A stretch of DNA of 64,000 nt from Eledone cirrhosa (lineage: Eukaryota): assembly GCA_964016885.1 (NCBI GenBank), contig OZ024741.1:112096001-112160000 (forward strand). The letters run 5' to 3'. Under the pieces are notes generated by a model, which searched no databases, was not told where the DNA came from, and saw only the letters and a list, made by a program, of their open reading frames with translations. This document shows positions 28,161 to 40,007 of the stretch, in pieces; the first letter of the stretch is position 1; every line of letters starts with the position of its first letter. The position numbers and the translations under genes are program-made.

Positions 28161-30815
28161 TGAGGTTTTAATATACTCATATCCTATTGAAATTGCTTCA
28201 AGCCCAGTAAAAGTATGCATTATTGGTGATTTTCCCTTTTCAAAATATCTTAGATCTAAACTAATTTAATTTTTTTAAAAGGAAATTTGTGAAAAATACC
28301 ATTCCTCTTAATAGTATTACAATAGTCGTGTCTATTGCCCCCAATAGCACACACACAAAGAGCTATTAAAATGGTGGATGAACGTATCAGTCAACGGTCA
28401 ACCACACCATCTATGTGTTAAATAACCTCACCAATCCGCAATTGGCCAAGCGTGGTGAGTACGGTTACACCCCTGACATGACCCAAACCAAAGAAAGCGG
28501 TGAATGTCGGGGAGGGGTTTCTCTAACAGGAGTGAGAAGGCTCTGGATTGGATTGGATTACCTGAAAGCCAGGTGGTGGGTTTAAAGCGAATGAGAGATT
28601 GTCTCCCACCGAAGTAGGTGATAACCTCATTTCAACCAATAACGTGATGAGCAGACATTCTTTCGTAAGTAATATTAAAAACGCGATATCGGCGAAAAAA
28701 ATTGATAAAGATGCAGATGAGTGACGGTAAGAGAGAGAGAGAGAGAGAAGTGTGCGTGTGTATTTATGTAAATCCGTGTCTGTGTCTACTTTTACTGTTT
28801 GTTCATGCCTCATAACTTAGTAGTTCGTCAAAATGAACGTTAATGTAAGTACTGGATTTGAAAAATAAGTACTTGGGTCGATATAATACACTAAATTCCT
28901 TCAAGACGATGCTCTAGTATGACCGCAGTTTGCTGACTGAAACACATAAATGAAGAAAAGAATATATAAATTTTCGAACAATAGCTTCGTTAAACATTTG
29001 ACCTGAGAAATCTAAACAAGCCATTTATTGATTCACTGTATTATCATGGGAGCAAATGACTTGAGGTGTTCCTAGATATATTCGACATTGAACAGTTTGT
29101 ATTTTGTCAAACACTTTTTATATATCAGGTGCAGCGATTTGGCAGAGTCGATAGAACGTCGGATAGAACGCTCTGCGATAATCATTTCGGCTATCTGAGT
29201 TCAAATCCTTCCAAAGTCAACTAGCCTTTAATATCTTTCGAGGTCGATAAAATATTATCAGTCAAGTACTGTCAATTCTTTCTCTATATCTCTTTCTCAC
29301 TTCTTCCCTATCTCATTCTCTCTCTCTCCTCCTCTGAAATAAATTGGCTGTCTTCAGACCTTGAGAGGGCTTGAGCTCCGCTAGGTTTAAAGTACCCAAG
29401 AGACACCGGATGTCACGACGACACTACTCTGACTGGTCTATGCATGCTTTATATGCAACATGAAGGTAATCATGAAGTTCCACGTTCCCTCCAACAGAGT
29501 GACATCTTGAGCAAGTGTCTTTATTATAACCTTGGGTCAACCTAAATCATGTGAGTGAAATCTGTAGACAGAAATTGTGTGGGAGCTCGTCAAATGGATT
29601 GTACCTCTAATTAATTCAAATGTCTAGCGTTCTCACGTATTGTGTTACACTGATTCTATATAGGAATTACGTTAAAAGTACACGTGTCTGTGAGATACTC
29701 AACCATTTTCACGTTAATTCACGAGTTGGACATTCGGTTGACTGAACAAATAAATGCTCATCGTTGAAACTGACGGAGAATCCATTATCCTTCACAATAT
29801 TCATAACAAAATTGACCTGTTCTTTGCTCTGATTAAGAAACTTCTCCATTATATTTGAAAAGAGACGAAGACCACGTATTTAAGGCTTGTCTTCTTTCTA
29901 CTGTTTAGATTAGATTTAAGTACTACAATCAAGTACTGCTTTTATCTTAAATTTTTTTATCATATCTATCTTTATCATATAGTTCAGTATTTATAACCCA
30001 GCGTATCTATTTTTTAATTTATTTATTACTTTCTTATCAAGTAAGTTTTGTTCCATTATACTTTTCTCTCTCAGTCTCTCTCTCTCCCCTTCTCTCTCTT
30101 TCAATATATATCTAGACATTTTAATCCCACATCTTCTTTCTCCGATGCCTTCTCAGAACTCTATGCACTGTTTGCACTAAAATGTATATTTGATCTTCCT
30201 TCTTTGCAAACAGCTTCAATTCATCCATAAATAGAAGCTGATTGATTTTTATGGTGCTTGTCTTTCATTATATATACACACACCACACCTTCTTCCCTAT
30301 TCATCACTGTAATGTTACAAGTGTCAAGAATAATACAAAAAAGCAAATGGCATAAACAGTTACCCTGTCAGATTTCCTTACCGATCTTGATATTGCCTAG
30401 AATATTTACCAAAATTCTTAGGTTTTGTTTTCCTGATGTTTCATATACATTATCAACTTCTTTATATTCTCCTCTCTGTCAGTGTAACTCTATCGTATGT
30501 ATGTTTTCACTGTTATATATCGCCTCTCTCTCTGTCCTTAACTTCTGATTGTTTCATAAGGGTATCGTAGTGATATACGGCGTATCTTGGACATTTAAAC
30601 CTGATTAAGAGAGAGAGGGGAGAGAGGGGGAGAGAGCGGTGGTGGGGGAGATAGAGCGGGGGGTTGTGTGTGAGAAATAGATAAAGAGCAAGAATCGACC
30701 GCAGTACTGTACTGGATTGGTACTTTATTTATCAACCTCAAAAGTTTGAAAGGTAAAGTTGGCCTCAGTAGGATTTGAACTCAGAGCACAAAGAGCCGGA
30801 ACGAATGCCTTAAAG

Positions 30816-31275
30816 CACGGGTCGGCAACCTACGGCCCCCGGGCCGGATCCCGCCCACGAGAACTAATGCTCAATGAGTTATTTATTTAAAATGTATTGT
30901 AATATGAGAGACGAGACTTTCGAATACAATAAAAGGCCTGCCGTTACATTCTTCTACAAATCATCTGATTCCCTCTACGTAATATTCACTACCAACCGGA
31001 TGTGAACGCTTTGACAGCAAAAAACACAATTAAAGATTGTGCTATGTATTTTTAAGATTTTTTAAACAAATGATTCCAACGATGTCTTAAATTGAATAAA
31101 TGATGTTTTTCCATTACTACATTCATCTGTGGTTAATACAAATTATTTTTAAGTATAGTCAACACTCGTGATTGTGTAATTTTCCCTAATTCTTCTTTTA
31201 TGGCCTTCGTCCGGCCCGCTATCCGTCATTAATATTCGATCCGGCCCGTGGAGGCAAAGAAGTTGCCGACCCCTG
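30816..31275. mobile_element. hAT (Charlie-like) MITE nested inside a SINE
   Basis: TIRs cacgggtcggcaac / gttgccgacccctg; imperfect 8 bp TSD ccttaaag / ctgtaaag; SINE halves at ~30695-30815 and ~31276-31325. Confidence 0.8.
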
Positions 31276-31900
31276 CTGTAAAGGATTCTATCCAGGGTTC
31301 TAACGACTCGTCCACTTCTCCGCCGAGTTATCGTATCACCTCATTCCTTGTTATCAAGGAATCGTATTATATACGTGTTCAGCGAAATTATATTCCAATG
31401 TTTGTAATGTCACTTTCTAAAGAACCCCAGGAATATTAATTCCTCTAATAGTAATTGACTTTTATTTCTGCTTTTCCACATCATAACTTCCGCTCTATAG
31501 ATGACTGGACACGTACAGAGATATCTTTTATCGTTATTTACACATGGGTGTCAAATGTATCGAGAGTATATATATGCATACATAAATATTACACACACAC
31601 ACACACACATATATATATATGTATATATATATAGCGGCGATGAATTAGTTTTGCGAGGTTTTTTATATGAAATCGTGTGTCGAAACAGATATTGTTATAT
31701 TTGGGGAGGGTCATATTTGCGTAATATTGCCAGAATTAATAACAGAACACACTCACTGTTTGGTTGGTTTTCGCTTCTCGCTGTCTTTTATATATATATA
31801 TCTGCGATCTAACTTACTCGGTCCTCAATGTTGCCATTGACTGACCGGCGGTCAAAAATAATACAGATACAATATAGACACAAACACATATATATAGTTT

Positions 31901-31957
31901 ACATAATTTACATAAATCTTTCGTTGCACATCTGCAACATCGTCAGTGGTGTTATAT
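31901..31957 (-). ncRNA. Hammerhead ribozyme motif in PLE 3' UTR/pLTR
   Basis: Exact mirror of 37358-37414. Confidence 0.7.
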
Positions 31958-32214
31958 TCATTGTTCCTCCTGCTGTGTTGTATGTCTACGCCATTTTTTT
32001 TGTTCAGTCTGTCTATATATTTATTTATTTATTTGCTTGTTTGTTTATCTTATTTTATTTTGTCTTCTTTGCGCATGCGTTTGCGTGTGTGTATAGTGTT
32101 ATGTGTGATGTGTGACTAGTGTGTATAGTGTTGTGTCTGCTGGGTGACTAGTGTGTGTTCATGTGCTTGTGTATGTATTGATTTATCTTATTTTATTTTA
32201 TTTTATTTACTTAT

Positions 32215-35200
32215 TTATACTTCTCTTAGGTCAGTGTTGTTTGTTTGGGTGTTGTTGTTGTTCCACTCATTCTTTCTGTTTAGCTTTGGTCTTCTAATTT
32301 CTATTTCACTGGCCTCTCTGATTTGCCTATCTGCTGGGTCATTCCTATGTTTAGATATTATTCTAATTTCTATGTTGTCTATGTTACCGTCATGTTGTTG
32401 TCTAGCATGTTCGTATAGTACTGACCCGTTTTTTCGTCCTTTTAGTTCCCCCCAGTGTTGGTCTATCCTTTCACCTATGCTACGAGCTGTCTCACCTATG
32501 TATGTTGTTGTCATGTTTCTGCAAGTACCCTCTGTACATTTTATGCTATAGACTACGTTTCTAGTTTTACAGTTTATCCGGGGGTTCACCTTACATATGA
32601 TACATTTCCTATTGGTACAGTGGGTTTTCTTAAAAGGGTAGGTTTTGCTGATCAGGGATTTTATGGTGGTTCCTGGCTTTTCTACCACCTTTATTTTTAA
32701 GTGGGTCTTTCTCAGGGCCTTTCTACACTGGTTAGCTAATTTCCCTCCAGGGGTGGCGTCCACAAACATGACACTCTGATATCTCTGGTTGTCGTACCAT
32801 GATGTGGCCTTCCCTATCTTATGTCTAGCCCTATCTAAGCTATTCCATGATTTGCTCCTGTATAGTGGGCAAATTCCTTTCATGTCCAGTTCTATGAGGG
32901 TCTTATACTTTTCCATGGCTCCTTCGTATACTCTGACTCTGTCTCTTTGGTTGTAGCCAGAGAACTGCATGCGGTTGATGAAGTGTTGGATGTGTCCTTC
33001 CATTTCTGTTGGGTCGCACATGCTGGACACATTCTTCATCACTCGTACCAAATCTGCGATCAGAATATTAAACTTAGCACTACTGGACATTGCTGAGTTT
33101 TTGAGTATCAGGTATTTGGAGGCCATGGGTTTAGCATAGTGTGAGTGGAGAATTTGGGCTCTCTCGTCTATAGTGTTAATCCAGAGTTCTGTGTCTAATA
33201 CAGGTAGTCTATTGTTAGGGTGTTTGGAAGGGAAGTCTATAGTTACAGTTATACTCTGGTGTATGGAATTAGCTATCTGCTGGATGCGTTCCATCGTGCT
33301 ACGTTCTAAATCAAACTTGTTAGTGCTCTCTAGTGGGGGTGTTCTTATAACTATATTGATATCGTCTACATAACGAGAGTACATGATGAGGTCTATGGAG
33401 CTTTCATTAAGGAGATCTTTAAGTCTCCTTTCCCACCATACCATGAAAAGGTTGGCAACATCACCAGCTATGCTGACGCCAATGGCTGCTCCCTCATTTT
33501 GGGTGTAGATTTTCTCATTGAACTTAAATATGTGGCCCTTTAGGGTAGTTTTGATACTAGCCCCTATTGCATGTGCGACCATTTTTCTTACCTGATCAGT
33601 GTTTTGGGGGGTCCGTATAGCTTTGGTCCACCCAATCCACCTTCCTATGGGAGTCTTTTTAGCCATTGAGGTTATGGTGGGGGGTCTACCTCTTATAGGT
33701 CTACTAGGGCAGAAACATCTAAGGTCATGGCTGTCTAGGTAGTCAGTGTCGTAGGTAAGTCTAAGTAGGAGGCCCAGTTCGTCTGTGTCGACGTCGCAGA
33801 ACTCCACCTCACTCTCAATGATCATCTCCACACATCTTTTCACAGCAAAATCAATGTTAATGGATGGGTACAGTGACACCACATCCATGCTGCCTATTAT
33901 GCAGTTGGATAGGCTCCTGTTTTTGTTGCACTCACTGATTCTGCTGAGGAGGTCCTCTGTACTTTCACATACATCTGGGGACATCTTGATTATGGGGCGT
34001 ATAACCATTGAGAGGAAGTAGGAGATCCTGTAGTTGCTAGCTATATTAGCTCCGCATACGGGTCTTGTTGGTGGTCCTGTTGTCGGGTCGTCGACTGTCT
34101 TGTGGTCTTTGCGGAGCCCATACAAGGGTGGTATGCCATTGTTAGACGCCTGGAAGTTGTTGGCAGTGCGTCTGCTTGGCTTTAGGATGTCAGTCCACAT
34201 CATCATGTGAGCATTGAGGATTTTTTCTCTCCCATCGTGTGTTAGTTGTGCAACTTCGCTCGTGTTGGTGATGTGGGGTTGCATTGCCTCGATGTAGTTC
34301 GGCATGCTATCTATTGACATCCTACCAGACTTATCTGTGGGTAGACACACTACCTCACCATCCCTTGTGCGCTGCTTGAGGCTAACCAAGCCTTCTACAG
34401 GTTTTATCCCAAGTTGTTGGGCCTCTGGTCTGCTCTGTCTCATAGTGTACCTGTCTACTACTTGTCTAATCTTATTTCTAGCTATGGTGAACTGTGCCTC
34501 CGTCTCGTCATCTATTTGCTGTGGTATGCAAACTCTTTTATTAAAGGGTAACCTCGTAGGATAGATATTACCCATCTTATATGTTTTGTCAGCTGGGTTG
34601 AAAAATAGTTTCTCTAAGGGGTTGTCGTTATTTCTATCGTCATAGTTGTGTGTGTTGCTATTATTGTTATCATGGTGGTTGTTGTTGTTTCTATCATTAG
34701 CATTAATATTATTATTGTTATGATTGCTAGATGTATTGTTGTTTACTTCACCGTTATTGTTGTTGTTGTTACTGCTATTTCTACCATTGTGGTTGTTACT
34801 ATTATTATGTTTCTTGTTTTTGTTGATGTTGCTACATGTACTATTTCCATTATTACCACTGTGGTTATTGTTGTTGTTGTTGTTCGTATTGTTACCGTTA
34901 TTACTACTGTGGTCACTGTTGCTGTGTCTGTGGTTAACGTTTCTATTATTATTATTATTGTGGTTGTTGTTGTTCTGTCTATCGCTAGTATTATTGCCAT
35001 TATCACTATTTCTCACTTTCCTGCCATTGTTATGGTTATGGCTGTTATTTCTATACCCAGAGTTATTGTTTATATTACTACTACCGTTATTATTGTTGTT
35101 GTTGTTTACCTTTGCATTCCAACGTATTTTTGTGAAACACTTTTCCAGCTCCGTTTTGCATTCCATAGGGTTAATCTTTTTGTAGATGGCAAATTTTGGT

Positions 35201-35640
35201 GGTAACTTTAGGATTTGTTGTTCTTGTTCACTGATTAAAGTGTTCCCGTAGATATTTACTGTGTGGTCATTGGTAAATTCTTCCGGTAGTTTTACATCAC
35301 TCATACGGATGTTGTCGATGTTATCTGGGTATTTTTGAGAATATTCGATTTTCCTTTCTTGTAGTTTTTTCTTATTCATCCATTCTAATTTCTTCTTGAA
35401 ATGCCTACAGCATTCGTTTTGAGCATATTTCGTTTCGCGTCGGATGACGCTCATGAAGTCATCTCTCTCGTTTGCTGTGATGAGATTTCGGATTTCCTTA
35501 CCGTTGATGCGTTTTTGTCTGTAGAGTGCGTTGACTTTTGTGTATGTTGTTCTTTTCATATTAACTGTTATTGTGTGTTTTAGCCGTTCAGCTTGTGTTT
35601 TGTTCAATAATAAATTATTTACTTGTTTTGATATGGCTAA
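32215..35640 (-). CDS. PLE polyprotein: RT + C-terminal GIY-YIG endonuclease, 5'-truncated
   Basis: Motifs PTDKSG, PPLYGLRKDHK, PTRPVC, GSMDVVSLYPSI, YTQNEGAAIG..ANLFM, YSRYVDDI, LPVLD; Cys-rich linker; VVYSIKC..C..TYIGET.R..ER..QH; RQIREA..P.LN. The first 25 codons of the listed ORF (35641-35715) belong to the inverted arm. Confidence 0.93.
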   Translation of the reverse strand, partial: LAISKQVNNLLLNKTQAERLKHTITVNMKRTTYTKVNALYRQKRINGKEIRNLITANERDDFMSVIRRETKYAQNECCRHFKKKLEWMNKKKLQERKIEYSQKYPDNIDNIRMSDVKLPEEFTNDHTVNIYGNTLISEQEQQILKLPPKFAIYKKINPMECKTELEKCFTKIRWNAKVNNNNNNNGSSNINNNSGYRNNSHNHNNGRKVRNSDNGNNTSDRQNNNNHNNNNNRNVNHRHSNSDHSSNNGNNTNNNNNNNHSGNNGNSTCSNINKNKKHNNSNNHNGRNSSNNNNNNGEVNNNTSSNHNNNNINANDRNNNNHHDNNNSNTHNYDDRNNDNPLEKLFFNPADKTYKMGNIYPTRLPFNKRVCIPQQIDDETEAQFTIARNKIRQVVDRYTMRQSRPEAQQLGIKPVEGLVSLKQRTRDGEVVCLPTDKSGRMSIDSMPNYIEAMQPHITNTSEVAQLTHDGREKILNAHMMMWTDILKPSRRTANNFQASNNGIPPLYGLRKDHKTVDDPTTGPPTRPVCGANIASNYRISYFLSMVIRPIIKMSPDVCESTEDLLSRISECNKNRSLSNCIIGSMDVVSLYPSINIDFAVKRCVEMIIESEVEFCDVDTDELGLLLRLTYDTDYLDSHDLRCFCPSRPIRGRPPTITSMAKKTPIGRWIGWTKAIRTPQNTDQVRKMVAHAIGASIKTTLKGHIFKFNEKIYTQNEGAAIGVSIAGDVANLFMVWWERRLKDLLNESSIDLIMYSRYVDDINIVIRTPPLESTNKFDLERSTMERIQQIANSIHQSITVTIDFPSKHPNNRLPVLDTELWINTIDERAQILHSHYAKPMASKYLILKNSAMSSSAKFNILIADLVRVMKNVSSMCDPTEMEGHIQHFINRMQFSGYNQRDRVRVYEGAMEKYKTLIELDMKGICPLYRSKSWNSLDRARHKIGKATSWYDNQRYQSVMFVDATPGGKLANQCRKALRKTHLKIKVVEKPGTTIKSLISKTYPFKKTHCTNRKCIICKVNPRINCKTRNVVYSIKCTEGTCRNMTTTYIGETARSIGERIDQHWGELKGRKNGSVLYEHARQQHDGNIDNIEIRIISKHRNDPADRQIREASEIEIRRPKLNRKNEWNNNNTQTNNTDLREV

Positions 35641-35732
35641 AACCTCAATGGCTAAAAAGACTCCCATAGGAAGGTGGATTGGGTGGACCAAAGCTATACG
35701 GACCCCCCAAAACACTGATCAGGTAAGATAAA

Positions 35733-37100
35733 ATGGTCGCACATGCAATAGGGGCTAGTATCAAAACTACCCTAAAGGGCCACATATTTAAGTTCAATGA
35801 GAAAATCTACACCCAAAATGAGGGAGCAGCCATTGGCGTCAGCATAGCTGGTGATGTTGCCAACCTTTTCATGGTATGGTGGGAAAGGAGACTTAAAGAT
35901 CTCCTTAATGAAAGCTCCATAGACCTCATCATGTACTCTCGTTATGTAGACGATATCAATATAGTTATAAGAACACCCCCACTAGAGAGCACTAACAAGT
36001 TTGATTTAGAACGTAGCACGATGGAAAGCATCCAGCAGATAGCTAATTCCATACACCAGAGTATAACTGTAACTATAGACTTCCCTTCCAAACACCCTAA
36101 CAATAGACTACCTGTATTAGACACAGAACTCTGGATTAACACTATAGACGAGAGAGCCCAAATTCTCCACTCACACTATGCTAAACCCATGGCCTCCAAA
36201 TACCTGATACTCAAAAACTCAGCAATGTCCAGTAGTGCTAAGTTTAATATTCTGATCGCAGATTTGGTACGAGTGATGAAGAATGTGTCCAGCATGTGCG
36301 ACCCAACAGAAATGGAAGGACACATCCAACACTTCATCAACCGCATGCAGTTCTCTGGCTACAACCAAAGAGACAGAGTCAGAGTATACGAAGGAGCCAT
36401 GGAAAAGTATAAAACCCTCATAGAACTGGACATGAAAGGAATTTGCCCACTATACAGGAGCAAATCATGGAATAGCTTAGATAGGGCTAGACATAAGATA
36501 GGGAAGGCCACATCATGGTACGACAACCAGAGATATCAGAGTGTCATGTTTGTGGACGCCACCCCTGGAGGGAAATTAGCTAACCAGTGTAGAAAGGCCC
36601 TGAGAAAGACCCACTTAAAAATAAAGGTGGTAGAAAAGCCAGGAACCACCATAAAATCCCTGATCAGCAAAACCTACCCTTTTAAGAAAACCCACTGTAC
36701 CAATAGGAAATGTATCATATGTAAGGTGAACCCCCGGATAAACTGTAAAACTAGAAACGTAGTCTATAGCATAAAATGTACAGAGGGTACTTGCAGAAAC
36801 ATGACAACAACATACATAGGTGAGACAGCTCGTAGCATAGGTGAAAGGATAGACCAACACTGGGGGGAACTAAAAGGACGAAAAAACGGGTCAGTACTAT
36901 ACGAACATGCTAGACAACAACATGACGGTAACATAGACAACATAGAAATTAGAATAATATCTAAACATAGGAATGACCCAGCAGATAGGCAAATCAGAGA
37001 GGCCAGTGAAATAGAAATTAGAAGACCAAAGCTAAACAGAAAGAATGAGTGGAACAACAACAACACCCAAACAAACAACACTGACCTAAGAGAAGTATAA
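35733..37100 (+). CDS. Inverted duplicate of the PLE C-terminal RT part and GIY-YIG (lacks RT motif A)
   Basis: 455 aa identical to the C-terminus of the minus-strand ORF except one R>S; a 1 nt T insertion at 35729 creates an upstream stop. Confidence 0.85.
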   Translation: MVAHAIGASIKTTLKGHIFKFNEKIYTQNEGAAIGVSIAGDVANLFMVWWERRLKDLLNESSIDLIMYSRYVDDINIVIRTPPLESTNKFDLERSTMESIQQIANSIHQSITVTIDFPSKHPNNRLPVLDTELWINTIDERAQILHSHYAKPMASKYLILKNSAMSSSAKFNILIADLVRVMKNVSSMCDPTEMEGHIQHFINRMQFSGYNQRDRVRVYEGAMEKYKTLIELDMKGICPLYRSKSWNSLDRARHKIGKATSWYDNQRYQSVMFVDATPGGKLANQCRKALRKTHLKIKVVEKPGTTIKSLISKTYPFKKTHCTNRKCIICKVNPRINCKTRNVVYSIKCTEGTCRNMTTTYIGETARSIGERIDQHWGELKGRKNGSVLYEHARQQHDGNIDNIEIRIISKHRNDPADRQIREASEIEIRRPKLNRKNEWNNNNTQTNNTDLREV

Positions 37101-37357
37101 ATAAGTAAATAAAATAAAATAAAATAAGATAAATCAATACATACACAAGCACATGAACACACACTAGTCACCCAGCAGACACAACACTATACACACTAGT
37201 CACACATCACACATAACACTATACACACACGCAAACGCATGCGCAAAGAAGACAAAATAAAATAAGATAAACAAACAAGCAAATAAATAAATAAATATAT
37301 AGACAGACTGAACAAAAAAAATGGCGTAGACATACAACACAGCAGGAGGAACAATGA

Positions 37358-37414
37358 ATATAACACCACTGACGATGTTGCAGATGTGCAACGAAAGATT
37401 TATGTAAATTATGT
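37358..37414 (+). ncRNA. Hammerhead ribozyme motif (minimal type I) in PLE 3' UTR/pLTR
   Basis: CTGACGA (37369)-T-GTTGCA-gatg-TGCAAC-GAAA (37393)-GATT-TA. Perfect 6 bp stem II; interrupted stem I (atataa..ca / tg..ttatgt). Confidence 0.7.
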
Positions 37415-37618
37415 AAACTATATATATGTGTTTGTGTCTATATTGTATCTGTATTATTTTTGACCGCCGGTCAGTCAATGGCAACATTGAGGACCGAGTA
37501 AGTTAGATCGCAGATATATATATATAAAAGACAGCGAGAAGCGAAAACCAACCAAACAGTGAGTGTGTTCTGTTATTAATTCTGGCAATATTACGCAAAT
37601 ATGACCCTCCCCAAATAT

Positions 37619-37705
<87 letters not shown>

Positions 37706-38123
37706 TATGTATGCATATATGTGTGTGCATATGTCTATGTGTGAGTGTGTGTGTGTGTGATCATCCCTATGTAATGTGTTTTCCCCTTTAATTGCAGTAC
37801 TCTACTCTAGTGTCGCAGTGTTCTTTTCTCGTGTGTTTGTAACAATTAGAAGAAAAAATATAACATTTCCCCATTTTTTGGTTTGTATTTTTCTAAGTAT
37901 TCTAGTAATTATTCATGTTTCCCCTTTTTTCTTCTGTATTTTTAACGCTTCCATACACCTCCTTGTTATTTACTTCATTCCCTCTCATTTCTTTCTCTGT
38001 GATCATCAAACTTCCTTCCCTACTCATTCGCCTACTCCACCTCCTTTTCATCATCATCATCATCATCACCAACGTCTTTCCGCGTCATTGATGATGGGGA
38101 AGACTCCTCTTTCTCATAATCAT

Positions 38124-38126
38124 TAG

Positions 38127-38158
<32 letters not shown>

Positions 38159-39197
38159 ACAGCAGCAGCAACAGCAGCAGCAGCAGCAGCAACGGCAGCA
38201 GTAGCAACAACATCCTTACTACCATCGTCATCATCATCCCTAGCACGCCAGCGCCACCCCCACCACATTACATTGTTACCATCGTCAGCATAAGCAGCAG
38301 TATCATAACGATCATCCTCATCACCATCATCATCATCATCATCGTCGTAACACCACTATCATCATCACCACCATCATCATCATCATCATTATCCCTATCA
38401 TTACCGTCATCACCACCACCACCACCACCACCACTATCACCACCACCACCACCGCCGCCGCCACCGCCACCATCGCCTTCACCACCACCACCGCCGCCAC
38501 CGCCACCACCAACACCACCACCGCCACCACCACCACCAACATCACCACCACCGTCACCACCACCACCAATACCACCACCACCACCGCCACCACTACCACC
38601 GCCACCACCGTCACCACCACTACCGCCACCACCACCACCACCACCACCACCGCCGCCACCACCACCACCACCACCACCACCACCGCCACCGCCGCCACCA
38701 CCACCATCACACACCACCACCACCACCGCCACCACCACCACCACCACCGCCACCACCACCACCACCACCACCGCCGCCACCACCACCACCACCGCCACCG
38801 CCACCACCACCACCACCACCACCACCACCACCACCACCACCACCGCTGCCACCACCACCACCGCTGCCACCACCACCACCACCACCGCCACCACCACCGC
38901 CACCACCACCGCCACCGCCACCACCACCACCACCACCACCGCCACCGCCACCGCCACCACCACCGCCACCACCACCGCCACCGCCACCACCACCACCACC
39001 GCCACCACCACCGCCACCACCACCGCCACCACCATAACATCTCTTAATTGTAGGGTGTTCTTCATAAACATCATATTATTTCCTCTTTTATTTTTCCGAA
39101 GCATAAATCTTAGTAAGACTGTGTATAGTGAGTTGCTTTAGATTGGCAATTAGACTGACTTGTAATGTGGTAGTGGGGCTTGACCTTGACCATGACC

Positions 39198-39230
<33 letters not shown>

Positions 39231-39871
39231 GTAATAATGATGTTGGTGATGATGGTGGTGGTAGTTATAGTGATGGTGGTGATGGTCATGGTGGTGGTGA
39301 TGATTATGATGATGATGGTGATGATTAAGACAGTGTTGATAATAGAGATATTGATGGTGACAATGTCGATGGTGTGATGATGATGATGATGGTGGTGATG
39401 GCGATGGTGGTGGCGGGATGATTATAGCCATGGTGGTTTTGGTGATGATGATGATGATGATGATGGTGATGATGACGGTGGTAGTGGTAACAGTGATGGT
39501 TATAGTGATGGTGGTGATGTTGGTGGCGGCGGTGGCGGCGGTGATGATTATGGTGATAGTAGTGGTAGTGATGACGATGATCATGATATTAGTGGTGATT
39601 ATGATAGTGATGATGATGATGATGGTGACAATGTCGATGGTGTGATGATGATGATGGTGATAATAAGGATGATGGTGATGGTGATGGTAATGGTGGTGGT
39701 GGGGATGATTATTGCCATGGTAGTGGTAGTGATACCGATGATCATGATTATGTTTGTGGTGATTATGATAATGATGATGATGATGGTGACAATGTTGATG
39801 GTGACAATGTTGATGGTGACAATGTTGATGGTGACAATGTTGATGGTGACAATGTTGATGGTGACAATGTT
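38124..39871. repeat. Trinucleotide tracts: (GCA)n, (CAT)n, (CCA/CCG)n, then (GAT/GGT)n ending in 6 x 15 bp gatggtgacaatgtt
   Basis: Directly visible; the 15-mer array spans 39782-39871. Confidence 0.95.
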
Positions 39872-40007
39872 AACCTGGAAAGATGAAAGAGGAAATTTAA
39901 CTTGGAGGGATTTGTACACGGAACATGAATAAACCTAAGTAAATACCACAAGGTAATTTGTCCCTCGTTTTACCGATTCTGTCACACAAAGACTACCACG
40001 ATTATGG

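Larger units (their letters stand above)
31634..37626 (-). mobile_element. Penelope-like element with inverted partial duplication, inserted in (TA)n
   Basis: Arms 31689-33673 and 35641-37626 are reverse complements (mirrored ORF lists); RT + GIY-YIG ORF; (TA)n on both sides. Confidence 0.95.

Noticed and set aside
32215-35640. Telomerase RT, or a Naiad/Chlamys-type (selenoprotein) PLE
   Set aside because: GIY-YIG is C-terminal, there are no in-frame TGA codons, and the ORF is intronless with PLE structure.
35641-35715. Annotated start of the 1166 aa PLE ORF
   Set aside because: These codons are the antisense of the inverted arm; the true N-terminus is missing.
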